A stretch of DNA of 64,000 nucleotides from Alphaproteobacteria bacterium (lineage in GTDB: Bacteria > Pseudomonadota > Alphaproteobacteria > Bin95). Below are positions 62,431-64,000 of the stretch, piece after piece (positions within the stretch are counted from its first letter, which is position 1; each line of letters begins with the position of its first letter). Below the pieces are notes generated by a model. That model saw only the letters and a list, made by a program, of their open reading frames with translations, ran no database searches and had not been told where the DNA came from. A program made the translations under genes and the position numbers. The stretch covers positions 3,584,001-3,648,000 of the forward strand of contig CBDBGH010000003.1 in NCBI GenBank assembly GCA_965205265.1, in the 5' to 3' direction.

Positions 62431-62624
62431 GAACGGTTCCTCCTCGTTTCGTGAATTGTTGCCAGACGTAGCGCAGTCGGCGCGCGTCTTCCAATTTCAT
62501 GTCCGAAGCCCTTTTGTTGTTCGGCTCCGTCTCATGAACCCCATGCTCGCTGCTGTCGCAACGGGTTGGCAGGATTATAGGCGTCCAACGGCGACGCCGA
62601 ACAACACTCGTCCCGCGATGCCGG

Positions 62625-62730
62625 CCGGCTGTCTTCCCTGTGCATGAAGCGTCTCCCGGATTGGAACATTCAGGCAACATATAGCCTGTCGATGCGCGTC
62701 GGCCAAGCATGCGGCCGGGCTGACGGGCCC
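62625..62730. repeat. ~110-bp direct repeat, copy 2, with a frameshifted paralog start (MHREDSRPASRDE)
   Basis: Similar to 59695-59800. Confidence 0.85.
62664..62678 (-). promoter_or_regulatory. Alphaproteobacterial LexA box
   Basis: GAAC-ATTCAGG-CAAC, between the selenoprotein gene and SRAP. Confidence 0.65.
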
Positions 62731-62838
62731 GGAGCCGGACGCCGTCAGGCATGCAAGCCTGTTGCAGGCGCGCCTGAAACAAGGTTCATGGGGCGGCGCC
62801 GAACGACACCTGCCGCTGACAGGGACAATCGGGCCAGA

Positions 62839-63549
62839 ATGTGCGGTCGATTCACCCAGCGCCTCTCATGGGCGGAACTGCACGAGCTGATGAACCTCAT
62901 CGGCCCGCCCCGCAACCTGGAGCCCCGCTACAACGTCGCTCCGGGCCAGGATGTCGCCATTGTCCGCGCCGCGGAACACGGATCGCAGTCGGGCGACGGC
63001 CGCCGTCTCTCCATGCTGCGCTGGGGGTTGGTACCCGCCTGGTCGAAGGATCCCTCCATCGGCAACAGGCTCATCAATGCGCGGTCCGAGACGGTCGCGG
63101 AGAAGCCGGCCTTCCGCGCCGCATACCGGCGCCGGCGCTGCCTGGTCCCGGCCGACGGCTTCTACGAATGGCAGCACCGGGGCGCGACCCGCCAGCCCTG
63201 GCTGTTCGGCCTCCGCGGTGGCGCGCCCTTCGCGTTCGCCGGCCTCTGGGAGCGCTGGACCGGATCGGAGGGTCCGGGGCCGACAGGTTCGCTCTTCGGC
63301 CCGGAACCCGGCTGGCCGGTTGAGACGTTCACCATCCTCACCACCGCCGCCAACGAGACCGTGGCGCAAGTCCACGGCCGCATGCCGGTCATCCTGCCCC
63401 CGGACGCCTGGGGTGCTTGGCTTGCGGGCGAGGACATTCCGCTCGGCCCCTGTCCCGCGGATGAAATGCACGCGCATCCGGTGAGCACGCTGGTCAACAA
63501 GCCCGCCAATGACGATCCACGCTGCGTCGAGCCGGTCTCCCTCTGCTGA
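62839..63549 (+). CDS. SOS response-associated peptidase (SRAP/YedK/HMCES)
   Basis: MCGRF N-terminus, RYNVAP, WGLVP.W, INARSET, GFYEW, H.RMPVIL. Confidence 0.95.
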   Translation: MCGRFTQRLSWAELHELMNLIGPPRNLEPRYNVAPGQDVAIVRAAEHGSQSGDGRRLSMLRWGLVPAWSKDPSIGNRLINARSETVAEKPAFRAAYRRRRCLVPADGFYEWQHRGATRQPWLFGLRGGAPFAFAGLWERWTGSEGPGPTGSLFGPEPGWPVETFTILTTAANETVAQVHGRMPVILPPDAWGAWLAGEDIPLGPCPADEMHAHPVSTLVNKPANDDPRCVEPVSLC

Positions 63550-63657
63550 TCGCCGGCAACCGTTCCCGACTTCGCCGACCGGTCCGGATGAAGCGGCGCC
63601 TGAGCGCCCTGGGACCGGCCGGTTACAGGCAGCCCTTATGCTTGTATCTCTTCGGCG

Positions 63658-64000
63658 CTACGGGTCGGGATTTCCAGCCTGGGCCTCGATTTGCCACAAT
63701 TCCGTTTCCCACCACTCGATGGATGCCTCTATGGCCTGCAACGGCGAATAGGCGCGATCTCCTATCAGTATTGCCGGATAAATTGATGGAGCATCCAACA
63801 TTTCCTGTTTTTCGGCAGGCGATGGAAATAGCGATGATCGATATTCTTTCAGAATCGTATTTCTTTCCTTCTCGATGAATTCATTAAAGATCAGATGTTG
63901 AAATGGTTGGGATTTCCAACGGTTCCAGGCGGCATCTATTGCCGAGCGGAGTGCATTGGATCGTGTTGCATCCATGTTTCGCAAGGCATGTCCTACCGCC
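63658..64000 (-). CDS. Hypothetical protein, lower GC, 5' end outside the window
   Basis: Open frame from the window edge: AVGHALRNMD...FIEKERNTILKEY...WW. Confidence 0.6.
   Translation of the reverse strand, partial: AVGHALRNMDATRSNALRSAIDAAWNRWKSQPFQHLIFNEFIEKERNTILKEYRSSLFPSPAEKQEMLDAPSIYPAILIGDRAYSPLQAIEASIEWWETELWQIEAQAGNPDP

Overview
High-GC (about 70% by eye) alphaproteobacterial DNA in two parts. (1) 1-38.1 kb is ordinary chromosome: regB (cut by the window edge), a Gld-like ABC exporter operon, amidase, gmk-yicC-mltG-fabF-acpP-fabG, a complete Rrf2-sufBCDSU-sufT-sufA operon, uvrD, epmA and assorted hydrolases and oxidoreductases. Two intergenic gaps (26.6-28.1 kb, 35.3-36.9 kb) hold nested repeats: CGTCAT-type REP doublets, two different MITEs, and two diverged copies of a module reading sigma70 promoter, then a ~200-nt highly structured putative RNA, then a conserved 15-codon micro-ORF. 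(2) From an IS66 at 38,139 to the end is an accessory, partly decayed island. It carries a PliI lysozyme inhibitor, lipoproteins, GcrA and prohead-protease remnants, and a three-gene operon (secreted Cys-rich/(GD)23/CFI-box-CTERM protein, polyprenyl synthase, sterol-type methyltransferase). It also has a perfect 37-bp nested palindrome, a Lon-like AAA ATPase operon with nucleotidyltransferase, PIN and phosphoesterase genes (one split by an intact IS21), an AAA ATPase fused to an HK97 prohead-protease domain, duplicated LexA-box promoters, a UGSC-family selenoprotein read through an in-frame TGA, and an SRAP gene. The best candidates for undescribed biology are the repeated promoter-ncRNA-micropeptide module, the CFI-box/prenyl/methyltransferase operon and the ATPase-prohead protease fusion. 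All assignments come from reading motifs by eye; no database search was run.
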